Shown here: piece after piece, positions 37,543-46,340 of the stretch | Numbering within the stretch: position 1 is the first letter of the stretch | Layout: each line of letters starts with the position of its first letter | Source of the DNA: a virus | Lineage: Duplodnaviria > Caudoviricetes | Strand: one strand, 5' to 3' | IMG/VR virus record: IMGVR_UViG_3300026176_000228 | Span: 40,756-104,755 of that record | Length of the DNA stretch: 64,000 bases | Made by a program: the position numbers and the translations under genes | The notes under the pieces: generated by a model | What the model saw: the letters and a program-made list of their open reading frames with translations, nothing else | Told to the model about the DNA's origin: nothing | Databases searched by the model: none

Positions 37543-37671
37543 ATGAAACGTCTTGCTATCATTCTGCTGGCCTTGTTGATGCTGGTGCTCGCGTCTACCG
37601 CGTGCGGCTTGCCACCCTGTCCTGAGAACTACAGCGCGAGTGCAATGGTTGAATTCTGTGTCAGGTATTAA
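37543..37671 (+). CDS. 42-aa predicted lipoprotein
   Basis: MKRLAIILLALLMLVLASTA-CG lipobox; not in ORF track. Confidence 0.6.
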   Translation: MKRLAIILLALLMLVLASTACGLPPCPENYSASAMVEFCVRY

Positions 37672-37704
37672 ATTTGGCATATGCTAAAAGTTAGGAGTCC
37701 TAAA

Positions 37705-37881
37705 ATGCATTACACATTAAGCGAAATCAGACGCGGCATCGCAGTCCTGCGCGCGACCGTACCGTCTGATGATTATCTACTGAACTTTTTTATCAATTTT
37801 CTGCAAGCTAATGAAGATACTATGTATGACTGGCTCAACGCAGACACAGAAGAGGATGATTGGCAAGGAGATTTTGCGTGA
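37705..37881 (+). CDS. Array cassette: acidic small protein
   Basis: AGGAG RBS. Confidence 0.5.
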   Translation: MHYTLSEIRRGIAVLRATVPSDDYLLNFFINFLQANEDTMYDWLNADTEEDDWQGDFA

Positions 37882-38342
37882 ATAATCCCACTTGGTCTAA
37901 TCAAGACATTGACTTGGGTTTACCTTTTGAAATCCGCGACCACTTTCTAAAAAATGACCTAGTAGACAACGACATTTCCACGCATGATTGGTGTCCTCTT
38001 TGTGGCACTTACTGGTACGCGCACGCGGATGACTCCTGTGCAACTGAACGCTTACCCTACGCGTTGTTCAATGTCGGATTGGTCTATGTCCCGATTACTA
38101 TTACTGGTAAACCCCATGAAATCCTAGTCTGGTATATCCGCTATCAAATCTACTCGCGTTACGGTACTATCATTGGCGATTATCAGATGGACGGTGAATG
38201 TGAGGGTTTGACTAAGGGAGATGTGCTGTACCACGTGACTGATGTACTGGATGGCTTGAACGCGGAACTGTTGGAGATGCGCATCGCGGGTGATACCTCT
38301 ATCTTTTGGGATAGTACTTTGGAGTATGACAGTAAGTGGTAA
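37878..38342 (+). CDS. Array cassette: hypothetical protein
   Basis: GTGA overlap with the upstream gene. Confidence 0.55.
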   Translation: MNNPTWSNQDIDLGLPFEIRDHFLKNDLVDNDISTHDWCPLCGTYWYAHADDSCATERLPYALFNVGLVYVPITITGKPHEILVWYIRYQIYSRYGTIIGDYQMDGECEGLTKGDVLYHVTDVLDGLNAELLEMRIAGDTSIFWDSTLEYDSKW

Positions 38343-38381
38343 TTTGGCATATGCCAAAAATCTGAAAGGAATACACTCTAA

Positions 38382-38930
38382 ATGAACAGTACCTATTGTT
38401 TCATTGTTAATGGTAATGAAGTTGTAGAGGGCGATAACATCGAAACTTATGGCTCTCTCCCTCAGTTACGCGCGGGTAAATACGATAAATGGTATCTGGC
38501 ACCTGATGAAGATTATGCCACAAGCAAAGAAAAGGACTACTGGCAGGATATGGCCTGGCGTGACTCTGAAGAATTCGTCATGCTACTCGGTGGCGCAGAG
38601 GCAGTCATGGGCTACTGGCTGCGCGGTGAAACCGTTGAAGATGTGATTGACCAAATCATGTCTGAGCGTTGCGAATGGGGTGATGTGCATTATGTAGATA
38701 GCATGTCGGTTTATATTATGAAACAGCATCCTAATCTAAGTTGGGAAGATGTTTATATAGACGATAGTGACGAGCCAATTGAGGATGATGTGGTATGTCC
38801 CGATGATGCAGATGACGATATGATTGAACACATGGAAGATACTAACACAGCCCGCGCTCTCGCGCGTGGTTGGTGGGAACTGTGTCGGGACTTGGGTTAT
38901 GAACCCGAAGTCGCGTATCGCGCGAATTAA
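38382..38930 (+). CDS. Array cassette: highly acidic protein
   Basis: Asp/Glu-rich 182 aa. Confidence 0.6.
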   Translation: MNSTYCFIVNGNEVVEGDNIETYGSLPQLRAGKYDKWYLAPDEDYATSKEKDYWQDMAWRDSEEFVMLLGGAEAVMGYWLRGETVEDVIDQIMSERCEWGDVHYVDSMSVYIMKQHPNLSWEDVYIDDSDEPIEDDVVCPDDADDDMIEHMEDTNTARALARGWWELCRDLGYEPEVAYRAN

Positions 38931-38959
38931 TTAATTAATACTTAATTAAGGAGTGAGTT

Positions 38960-39487
38960 ATGGATAACTTTACTAAGGTTATTCGCCCTGGCACAACCAC
39001 CACTTGGAATGGTCGTCGCATGAGTGTCTTTTGCACTATCGAATATCAAGACGGTAGGTTATCTATTACCGGTGTCGAAGGGCCATTGTCTAGCGGTAAT
39101 TGTCTAGGTAGCTGTGGGCAGATTGAAACGAGTATGGATTTGACATACCTAGCCTGCTTTCACTTTGCGCCACATTGGAACAGGGATATGTTGAATGAAT
39201 TTCTGTCTATCTGGCGCAGATGGCATCTAAATGATATGCGCGCGGGTACACCAGAACAAATGGCCTGCCTGGAAACGCATATCTATCAGCACTCTTATGG
39301 CGACCATTATCTGTGGGCGAAAAACATTTTGGCATATGCTAAATTAGACCCGGTAACGCTACCTGATGGGACAGAGTATTACTATGGCACGCGCTGGTTG
39401 TTTGAGCCTGTGCCAGAAGATGTACTGGCATTTCTGGTAAACCTGCCGGATGCGGATAAGAACTTGCCTGCGACTTGGAGGGATTGA
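38960..39487 (+). CDS. Conserved-type phage protein
   Basis: GSCGQI, WRRWHLNDMRAG, YGTRWL motifs; contains an internal palindrome at 39328. Confidence 0.65.
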   Translation: MDNFTKVIRPGTTTTWNGRRMSVFCTIEYQDGRLSITGVEGPLSSGNCLGSCGQIETSMDLTYLACFHFAPHWNRDMLNEFLSIWRRWHLNDMRAGTPEQMACLETHIYQHSYGDHYLWAKNILAYAKLDPVTLPDGTEYYYGTRWLFEPVPEDVLAFLVNLPDADKNLPATWRD

Positions 39488-39954
39488 TGAAAAGCTACGC
39501 CAAGACTTTCTATGATGTGGAAATCGAAACCTACAGTGAATGGGGTGACACAGCCGAATACCCTAGTATTGATGTGCGCTGCCCTAATCTACGCGATTAT
39601 TACAATGAAATTGATATCGCGTTGTTCTTAGAGACGCGCGTATCAGAGATTGATGCCGTTGCTGATGCAGTTTTCGACTATGAAGTAGCTCGTTTTTGGG
39701 AACACGCTCAAGTCATAGCTTGGGACATCTTTGGCCCTAATGTAGAAGTGCTTGCGCGCGGTCGCTCAGGCAGACATCTTTGTATCAGTGGTCTGCCTGA
39801 AATCTTTTTGTGGAAGAAACGGCAAACCGCGAAATGGCAGAAGTTTGTCAAGATAATTGAAAATATCATTAATAGTTATACTGAATTAGAGGAAGCCGCA
39901 CAGTTGGTCGCGGCTTATCTGGAGACTAAAGCACTGGAGAAAGTGAAGGTCTAA
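39487..39954 (+). CDS. Hypothetical protein (GRSGR motif)
   Basis: TGATG coupling with the upstream gene. Confidence 0.55.
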   Translation: MKSYAKTFYDVEIETYSEWGDTAEYPSIDVRCPNLRDYYNEIDIALFLETRVSEIDAVADAVFDYEVARFWEHAQVIAWDIFGPNVEVLARGRSGRHLCISGLPEIFLWKKRQTAKWQKFVKIIENIINSYTELEEAAQLVAAYLETKALEKVKV

Positions 39955-39955
39955 C

Positions 39956-40624
39956 ATGCCTACTACCTACAAGGAACTTGCCGCATATCTCGGCAATAAG
40001 TCCGAACGACCCTACGGCAACAATACGCGTATCAGGCGCGACGACGATGCTATTGTCATTCGTTTGCACGCCACGGATATCTTGACCTGGACTCCTGAAA
40101 GCGTCACGCTCAATAACGGCGGCTGGTATTCTAACACCACTAAGGCGCGCATGCAGGACTCCTTGCCTCCTAGCTGGCGACTGTATCAAGAGTCAGGAAG
40201 TTGGTCACTATTGAATCATGCTAACGGTGAGACATACGCGTATATCAATGGCATGACCATCAATCTTGGCTCAGAAGTGGATACCGTGGATTATCATGGC
40301 GCAGAACCACCCATGACAAAAGAAACGGTCAAAAAGTTGACCAAGCAAATCAACGCGTACGCGCAGGGTTACGCGGAAGCTCTCGCGCGCGGTGAAGTAC
40401 CCGCACCTGACGAGGGTGACTGTCTCGCGTGTGCCTTTCATTGGGAGGGCACTGACCATCTATTGTCGCACATGGAAGAGAACTACTATGTGCCTGGTCT
40501 ACTGAATAACGCGTGGAACTTCTATGATAATCAGGGCTTGTCTGATTGGCAAGCTGATATTCTCACACGCGATGTCTCTAAGCTTCTGCGCAAGTATCTG
40601 CGCCAGCAATTGGGCTTGGCTTGA
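39956..40624 (+). CDS. Conserved-type phage protein
   Basis: NNT, LH.TDI, GGWYSNTTKARM. Confidence 0.6.
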   Translation: MPTTYKELAAYLGNKSERPYGNNTRIRRDDDAIVIRLHATDILTWTPESVTLNNGGWYSNTTKARMQDSLPPSWRLYQESGSWSLLNHANGETYAYINGMTINLGSEVDTVDYHGAEPPMTKETVKKLTKQINAYAQGYAEALARGEVPAPDEGDCLACAFHWEGTDHLLSHMEENYYVPGLLNNAWNFYDNQGLSDWQADILTRDVSKLLRKYLRQQLGLA

Positions 40625-40794
40625 ATTTGGCATATGCCAAATTAGCAAAAGGAGTTCTATGGCTGATATCTACTACTTCCTAATCGGTATTGCGCGCCAG
40701 GGCGCGCAAGTCCTGGTTTTAGATGACCAAGAATTAGCTTTTGATTTACTCGCCGCGGGTCGCGTTGGGCGACTCGCTTTCATCTGGAGTTATC

Positions 40795-41214
40795 ATGCGC
40801 AAACTACTCATTGTCTGGTGGACTATCTGGCTCGTTTTCTTTTCCGCCATGCCCGTTGGGGTGGTGGACGCGGCCCCTATCTTGGAGCCAAATAACAGTC
40901 CGGTTATCGGCGGTGGAGGCGTTGACTCAAAAGGTCAAATGTGGGTCAACGTAACGGCACCCAATGGTGGACCCCTCAAGGGCACGCAAATGGCTAACTT
41001 GCTCGCGTATTTTCGCGGCAAGGGTTTTCAACCGACTAGTTGGCGACCGACCTATGACCAATCTAGAGGCATTTGGGTTATGGTCTTTGTGACTATCAAG
41101 GCGACGGGTGTGCCGCAGATTGTTTGTAAATGGGATGCCGCGAGTAACTGTCTGCGGCGAGTTGATAATTGGAAACCTTGTTCTAAGCAGACTATTTGTA
41201 TAGAGCGCGGTTAA
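40795..41214 (+). CDS. Secreted protein
   Basis: Signal peptide MRKLLIVWW...VDA. Confidence 0.5.
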   Translation: MRKLLIVWWTIWLVFFSAMPVGVVDAAPILEPNNSPVIGGGGVDSKGQMWVNVTAPNGGPLKGTQMANLLAYFRGKGFQPTSWRPTYDQSRGIWVMVFVTIKATGVPQIVCKWDAASNCLRRVDNWKPCSKQTICIERG

Positions 41215-41216
41215 TT

Positions 41217-41260
41217 AGTAGACCAGGGTTAATTAACTTAATTAACCCTGGTCTACTTTT
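41217..41260 (+). terminator. Long perfect hairpin/terminator fused to a palindrome copy
   Basis: AGTAGACCAGGGTTAATTAA-C-TTAATTAACCCTGGTCTACT then TTT. Confidence 0.7.
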
Positions 41261-41306
41261 TGGCATATGCCAAATTTTGAAATTGTTTTTAGAAAGGAAG
41301 TGACAC

Positions 41307-42968
41307 ATGGCAAACAAAGTCATCTGTCCTGAATGCGGTCGCGACATGCGACTTATCGGTGGCAAGAATGGCGATTTCTACGGCTGCACGGGTTATCCCG
41401 ATAAGTGTCGCAAGACGCTCTCGCGCGATATGGCTCGCGCGTATACACAGATTGACCCACAAGAACTCGAAAGCATGAAAACCAGTTTTCGACCTTCGCA
41501 TTATCAACAAGCTCTCTTTGATGCGATTGAAGGCATTGATCAACGTCCTAAGCGTCATATTGTGATTGACGCTAAAGCAGGCAGTGGCAAAACGACTTCC
41601 ATCGTGCAGGGTGTCTTGCGTATTCCCAATCGCGCACAGCAAAAAGTTGCCTTTGTCGCGTTCAATAATAACGTCGTAGATACCTTGCGCGACCGCTTGC
41701 CACCAGATTGCGATATTTCCACAACCCACAGTGCCGCCTTCAAGGATGTACAGCGCCATCTTGGTTTTGTGCCTAAAATTGACAGATATAAAGTCAATGC
41801 TATTGCAGAGCGTTTTCTGCCTAAGCACCTAACCAATGTGGCTGCGGAGCTAGTGGATAAAGTTAAGAATACTCTCGCGCCAACCGACGAATTAACCCTG
41901 GAAGCTGTCTGCGACAAATACGACTTGGACATTACTAAAGAGATGTCTGAGGATGCCAGTGAAGCCGAAATTGCTGAAGCCAAGGCGCGTGTTTACGCGG
42001 CTGTACCGCGAATTTTAGAAATCAACGCCGCAGAAACTTCTACGGTGGATTTCACGGATATGCTTTGGTTGCCAGTTTACAATAACTGGCCGATTCGTAA
42101 ATTAGACTGGCTCTTGGCTGACGAAGTGCAAGATTGGAATCGTGGTCAAATCGAGTGGGGCTTGCGCGCGGGTAGTAGTGGTCATCTGGTAGCCGTGGGC
42201 GATCCAGACCAGTCCATCTACGGCTGGCGTGGCGCAGACACCAGCGCGATGGATAATCTAACGCGCAGTCTGGATGCTGATGTTTTACCATTGTCAATTT
42301 GTTATCGTTGCCCGACGTCACATATCGAACTGGCACAGCAAATTGTACCTGAAATCGAAGCTGCGCCTAACGCTAAGCCAGGTGTTCTAGGCTGGATGGG
42401 AATGCATGAATTGACTTACCATCCCCAACATCCCGTACCGGGTGACTTGATTCTCTGTCGTGTCAATGCGCCATTGATCAAGTATGCATACGCGTTTCTA
42501 CGTGAGAATCTACCAGTTACAATTCGAGGCCGCGATATCGGAGAGGGTCTACTGGCTCTTATCAAAAAACTCAAGGCTGATTCGCTAGACGAACTAGCAT
42601 TCAAGGCGCGCGCGTATTACGAAAAAGAATATGCTAAATTAATGAAAAATGATAAAGAAGGTCGCGCTAATGCCTTGACTGACCGCATTGATACTCTACT
42701 GGCTTTGATTGAAGGCGTTGATAGTCTGCATCAACTGATTTATCGGATTGATACTCTGTTTCCGCGACAAAAGGATTCTCAGAGTATCGTCTTATCTACG
42801 GTACATCGCGCGAAAGGTGACGAAGCACGTCGCGTGTTTATCCTGCGTCCTGATTTGATTCCCCATCCGCGCGCGCATACCGAAGATCAGATTCGCGGCG
42901 AAAAATGTGTCAAATATGTCGCACTCACCAGGGCTAAAGAAGAACTCTGGTTTGTAGAAAGGTCGTAA
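41307..42968 (+). CDS. UvrD/REP-like SF1 helicase with N-terminal topoisomerase-type Zn ribbon
   Basis: CPECG..FYGCTGYP; AGSGKT, DEVQD, VGDPDQSIYGWRGA, STVHRAKG, YVALTRA. Confidence 0.9.
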   Translation: MANKVICPECGRDMRLIGGKNGDFYGCTGYPDKCRKTLSRDMARAYTQIDPQELESMKTSFRPSHYQQALFDAIEGIDQRPKRHIVIDAKAGSGKTTSIVQGVLRIPNRAQQKVAFVAFNNNVVDTLRDRLPPDCDISTTHSAAFKDVQRHLGFVPKIDRYKVNAIAERFLPKHLTNVAAELVDKVKNTLAPTDELTLEAVCDKYDLDITKEMSEDASEAEIAEAKARVYAAVPRILEINAAETSTVDFTDMLWLPVYNNWPIRKLDWLLADEVQDWNRGQIEWGLRAGSSGHLVAVGDPDQSIYGWRGADTSAMDNLTRSLDADVLPLSICYRCPTSHIELAQQIVPEIEAAPNAKPGVLGWMGMHELTYHPQHPVPGDLILCRVNAPLIKYAYAFLRENLPVTIRGRDIGEGLLALIKKLKADSLDELAFKARAYYEKEYAKLMKNDKEGRANALTDRIDTLLALIEGVDSLHQLIYRIDTLFPRQKDSQSIVLSTVHRAKGDEARRVFILRPDLIPHPRAHTEDQIRGEKCVKYVALTRAKEELWFVERS

Positions 42969-42988
42969 AAACGTAAGGAAGGTGATTT

Positions 42989-43195
42989 ATGACTATTATC
43001 TTTAACGAAGATCATGTCAAGCACGCACTCGAACTACTGACCCACATGGGTGGTGGTATCACATTCTGTGATTTTCCTACCAAGCACAGGGATTATCAGG
43101 TCAGTTTTGAGGATACTGATACAGATCAAGAACTGGTTATCTGTGCTAAGTGCTTGGAATGGCAATTGAAACAAGTGGTAATTGGAGAAAGTTGA
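42989..43195 (+). CDS. Small hypothetical protein
   Basis: GGAAGG RBS. Confidence 0.5.
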   Translation: MTIIFNEDHVKHALELLTHMGGGITFCDFPTKHRDYQVSFEDTDTDQELVICAKCLEWQLKQVVIGES

Positions 43196-43235
43196 TCGAA
43201 GCTATTTAGTATATGCCAAATTAGAAAGGACAACT

Positions 43236-43616
43236 ATGCGCCCAATAACCCATCTCTTACCTCTGATTGGCGTTATCGCGCGCGACCGCGACCACCGTCC
43301 GACCAAGCTGCATGTACCAGGCTCAGATGGCAAACACTATGATGTCCTGGTACGTCGTTCGCGTAAATTATACGAAGTTGAATGTCTCTTATCCGTCACT
43401 GGTACTTCACAGGAATCCTGTCCTGGCAATCTACACGGCATCTGTTATCACACACGCGCCGCGGTTGCTAAATGCGCGCTGGAACAGGGCTACAAGCATG
43501 TGTCCTTTTGTAGAACAGAACAGGACGCGCAGCGGATTCAGAACCTCACCCATGGCCGCGTAACGCGGGTTGCCTCGCGCCAATCAGGTGTGGTAATGTG
43601 GTTAGTGTACAGATGA
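43236..43616 (+). CDS. SWIM-like zinc-finger protein
   Basis: C...CPG...CYH. Confidence 0.5.
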   Translation: MRPITHLLPLIGVIARDRDHRPTKLHVPGSDGKHYDVLVRRSRKLYEVECLLSVTGTSQESCPGNLHGICYHTRAAVAKCALEQGYKHVSFCRTEQDAQRIQNLTHGRVTRVASRQSGVVMWLVYR

Positions 43617-43644
43617 TAATTGTTTTTTTAGAAAGGATTAACCA

Positions 43645-44466
43645 ATGGGTACTGTAATTTTGGACGACTTACCAGATACTTATGATTTCGATGTAGTCGA
43701 GCCGGTGGTACAACCGCCGACCATTTCCGACCTGCTCCTGCAAGAAGCCGCTCAAGCTGAGGATTGGCTGTTCCGCGGTGAGATTCTAACTCTTTACAAG
43801 TGGTATGACATTTTCAATACTGTGATGTTCACGGACGCACCGCTACCTCTACCCGTGATTGGTTTTGCGGGGATGAATAAGAAAACCCTCGCACGTTATA
43901 ACATCGCGCGTAATGAGATTGGGTTGCGGAATTACATTTCGTTCAATGAAAAACACTTTAATACCGCGGTGGGCGCGTGGGCTTACGGTCTGTGGAGCCA
44001 ACTCGAATCTCTGCTCCACGAAATGGTCCACGCGTGGCAGCAGACCTATGGCATAGATAAACTGGATGTGGCTAAGATTACGGCCCGTTATACTCACAAT
44101 CCAGAGTTCATCGCCAAGTGTGAATTCTTCGGCTTGCATCCGCGCCCGCGCGTCGGCTCGCATATGCGTGTTGCGGATGGTTGGTTTGCGGACCTGATGG
44201 CTGAGTATGGCATCCCTGCGCCAGAGGGTGTCCCGACTGAAGTTGTGGGTAAGCAGAACTGGTGGCAGATGGAAAAGTCCTGGAAAACTTCTAATCGCGC
44301 GCACAAGTGGCAGTGTCCTTGCGGGCAAATCGTACGCGTAACTAAGGCTGATTTTCCAGGCTGTATTTGTATATCTTGTGGCGAGGCTTTTGTAGATATG
44401 ACCGCGCTGGAGAGCGCAGAAAGCAGTTATGATGAACCAACCGAAGACACTCCTGACGGGAGTTAA
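43645..44466 (+). CDS. SprT-like zinc metalloprotease
   Basis: LLHEMVHAWQ, H.N.EF, C-terminal CPC..CISC. Confidence 0.75.
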   Translation: MGTVILDDLPDTYDFDVVEPVVQPPTISDLLLQEAAQAEDWLFRGEILTLYKWYDIFNTVMFTDAPLPLPVIGFAGMNKKTLARYNIARNEIGLRNYISFNEKHFNTAVGAWAYGLWSQLESLLHEMVHAWQQTYGIDKLDVAKITARYTHNPEFIAKCEFFGLHPRPRVGSHMRVADGWFADLMAEYGIPAPEGVPTEVVGKQNWWQMEKSWKTSNRAHKWQCPCGQIVRVTKADFPGCICISCGEAFVDMTALESAESSYDEPTEDTPDGS

Positions 44467-44701
44467 GTTTGAGACGCGTACTGAAGAACGCGTTGAGCGT
44501 GTCGTGGGTTTACGTTATCCTTATGGTGACGCGATTATGCGCGCGCGGATGACTGTCTATTTGCCACTCCTTCGTGGTAGAGTAGAAATTTGGGAGAATC
44601 ACGAATGGCGTTTGATTTCAGATAATTTCAATGGCAGTGGAAACAATGTCGAAGAAGTTTTCAACCAAATGCTCAAGGTCGCGACGGGCTTTTGTGGCTA
44701 G
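44429..44701 (+). CDS. Hypothetical protein
   Basis: Operon packing. Confidence 0.45.
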   Translation: MMNQPKTLLTGVKFETRTEERVERVVGLRYPYGDAIMRARMTVYLPLLRGRVEIWENHEWRLISDNFNGSGNNVEEVFNQMLKVATGFCG

Positions 44702-44760
44702 ATAAACTTTCTCTATTATAAGATTTGACTCTATATAGAAAAAGTTTACAGGGAGAGATT

Positions 44761-44985
44761 ATGACATATGGTTTAGTCTTTACTTTTCATACTGAATATC
44801 TCGCGATTACCTATCGCACCGCGACGGAAGCTGAGACTATTCGCGTGTCCTATGATGGCACAGGGATTGATGCCTCGACTGGCGCGAGTCTTTTCTGGAG
44901 CCTGAGCTTGTTATCACCGACGCTAACTGATGTAGTGCGCGATTATGATAACTGGCAAGTCAGGCTTTTTCCCTTGGAGCTATGA
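44761..44985 (+). CDS. Hypothetical protein
   Basis: GGGAG RBS. Confidence 0.45.
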   Translation: MTYGLVFTFHTEYLAITYRTATEAETIRVSYDGTGIDASTGASLFWSLSLLSPTLTDVVRDYDNWQVRLFPLEL

Positions 44986-45118
44986 TGTTAGTGGATTTTG
45001 TGATTAGTTGTATTGTGATATTGGTTATCATAGGGGCCGTACTGGGTTTGTTGAACGCTGTTCTGTCGATTCTGCTGGATATCTTAGATATCTTCAATCC
45101 TAAACTGTGAGGTTGCAC

Positions 45119-45364
45119 ATGGATGCTGCAAAACGCCGTGAAATCTCATCTCTAGGTGGTCAAGCCGTAGTCGAAAAATACGGTAAAGCTTATATGGCCG
45201 AACTAGGCCGCAGAGGTTTAGAAGGCTTAGCTGAGAAGTATTTTCAGGGCAATCGAGAAGCCGCGCTGGAATGGTTAGGTCAATGTGGCGCATACGCGTA
45301 TGACACACAATTTCGGGAACGCGGCTGGGGCGTGATGCCCCAACCGCCTAAATTGAAAGGTTAG
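45119..45364 (+). CDS. KGG-repeat (general-stress-like) protein
   Basis: KRREISSLGG...YMAELGRRG. Confidence 0.55.
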   Translation: MDAAKRREISSLGGQAVVEKYGKAYMAELGRRGLEGLAEKYFQGNREAALEWLGQCGAYAYDTQFRERGWGVMPQPPKLKG

Positions 45365-45368
45365 GAAA

Positions 45369-45614
45369 ATGTTTCATAACGAATCAGCCAAACGAGCCAA
45401 TAGTATCGGTGAGCAGTTGAAGAATATTATTGACGGGATTAATGCAGGTAATAAGTTAGACGAATCTCTGGTTGCACTAACACTAATGATTACGCGCTTG
45501 GCGTTGAGTATAATGGCAGAAGAACTGGAATCCGCGACTCACTGCCCTGCTTGTCATGCAGAACTCCATCGCGCGTGTTCTAACTGTGATACTTGGGACT
45601 TCAATCGTGAGTGA
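45369..45614 (+). CDS. Zinc-ribbon protein
   Basis: CPAC...CSNC. Confidence 0.5.
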   Translation: MFHNESAKRANSIGEQLKNIIDGINAGNKLDESLVALTLMITRLALSIMAEELESATHCPACHAELHRACSNCDTWDFNRE

Positions 45615-45915
45615 TAGACTGGCGGATACTATTGCCCGCTTGAAGGCTGAGGGTCTACCCCGCGCGGTGGACTTCAAGCCCTCTTCGCCACAGCTGACTG
45701 AATTTCGCGAAGTCTTACATGGACAGATTACCAATCTGCCCTTTGGCAGTCTGGTAACGCGACAAACGTTGCGCGCGCTATCTATGGTCAGTGCAGGTGT
45801 CTTGCGCGAACTGCTACAGTGGGCAGTTAGTGAGGACTGGAGCGCCAAGCCACAACACAAGACGATTGTCAGGGAGAAGCTGTGGCGCGCGTATATGAAA
45901 GGACTGTATCGCTGA
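45607..45915 (+). CDS. Hypothetical protein
   Basis: Coupled GTG start. Confidence 0.45.
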   Translation: MSDRLADTIARLKAEGLPRAVDFKPSSPQLTEFREVLHGQITNLPFGSLVTRQTLRALSMVSAGVLRELLQWAVSEDWSAKPQHKTIVREKLWRAYMKGLYR

Positions 45916-46115
45916 TGAATCCTAATGCCTATATCTGGCGCGACGCTCACGACCGCAGTATATTGCATATTGCCGATAGTAATATATCGGTCTGGTTCAG
46001 TTTACCCGAAGAAGGTATCTGGTCACTCTTTGGTCAAGAGCTTTATAAACGCGCGCGCGAGGCTGTCACGACTGAACCCATGCCAGTTTATCTACAGTTG
46101 GTCTTGACGCAATAA
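45915..46115 (+). CDS. Hypothetical protein
   Basis: TGATG coupling; ends before palindrome 46121. Confidence 0.45.
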   Translation: MNPNAYIWRDAHDRSILHIADSNISVWFSLPEEGIWSLFGQELYKRAREAVTTEPMPVYLQLVLTQ

Positions 46116-46159
46116 TTGTTTTTGGCATATGCCAAATCAAGAAAGGTAAATCAAATAAC

Positions 46160-46339
46160 ATGATTACACATTGTGATTGTCACAACGCTTTTCAGGACGC
46201 GCGTTACGGTACAGGTATGCGCGTGCATAATTGGGCACCCAAAGCTCTAGGTGGCGCGGGTGGCTACCGCTGTACGGTCTGCCAGAAAATCAAAGCTGGC
46301 CCTAAGCCAGCTACTGAAGTTACCAAAGCGAAGAAATAG
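46160..46339 (+). CDS. Last array cassette: 59-aa Zn-binding protein
   Basis: My translation MITHCDCHNAFQDARYGTGMRVHN...YRCTVC; GAAAGG RBS. Confidence 0.6.
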   Translation: MITHCDCHNAFQDARYGTGMRVHNWAPKALGGAGGYRCTVCQKIKAGPKPATEVTKAKK

Positions 46340-46340
46340 T

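Larger units (their letters stand above)
23095..46136. repeat. Dispersed 16-bp palindrome TTTGGCATATGCCAAA bounding the units of a gene array
   Basis: Copies at 23095, 24678, 24843, 25037, 25148, 25464, 25709, 26095, 26135, 26501 (core), 26527, 26879, 27499, 27787, 28216, 28754, 28900, 29365, 29724, 30199, 30735, 31099, 31522, 31988, 32251, 32777, 33056 (degenerate), 33351, 33613, 35849, 36433, 37468, 37673, 38343, 39328, 40626, 41259, 43205, 46121; outliers at 17664, 49663, 52392, 60357. Confidence 0.95.

Noticed and set aside
25117-38357. Many ORF-track entries starting MAYAK/MPK or containing FWHMP/FGICQI
   Set aside because: These are artefacts of translating the palindrome; real starts follow the downstream RBS, and the minus-strand ORFs are shadows
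23095-46136. CRISPR array interpretation of the recurring palindrome
   Set aside because: The repeat is only 16 bp, spacing ranges from ~26 bp to several kb, the spacers are whole genes, and no cas genes are present
23095-46136. Classical integron attC sites
   Set aside because: No RYYYAAC/GTTRRRY boxes or attC-length imperfect hairpins, and no tyrosine recombinase in the window
23095-46136. Sigma54 promoters or canonical parS
   Set aside because: TGGCA is not followed by TTGC at the -12 position, and the sequence differs from parS TGTTTCACGTGAAACA
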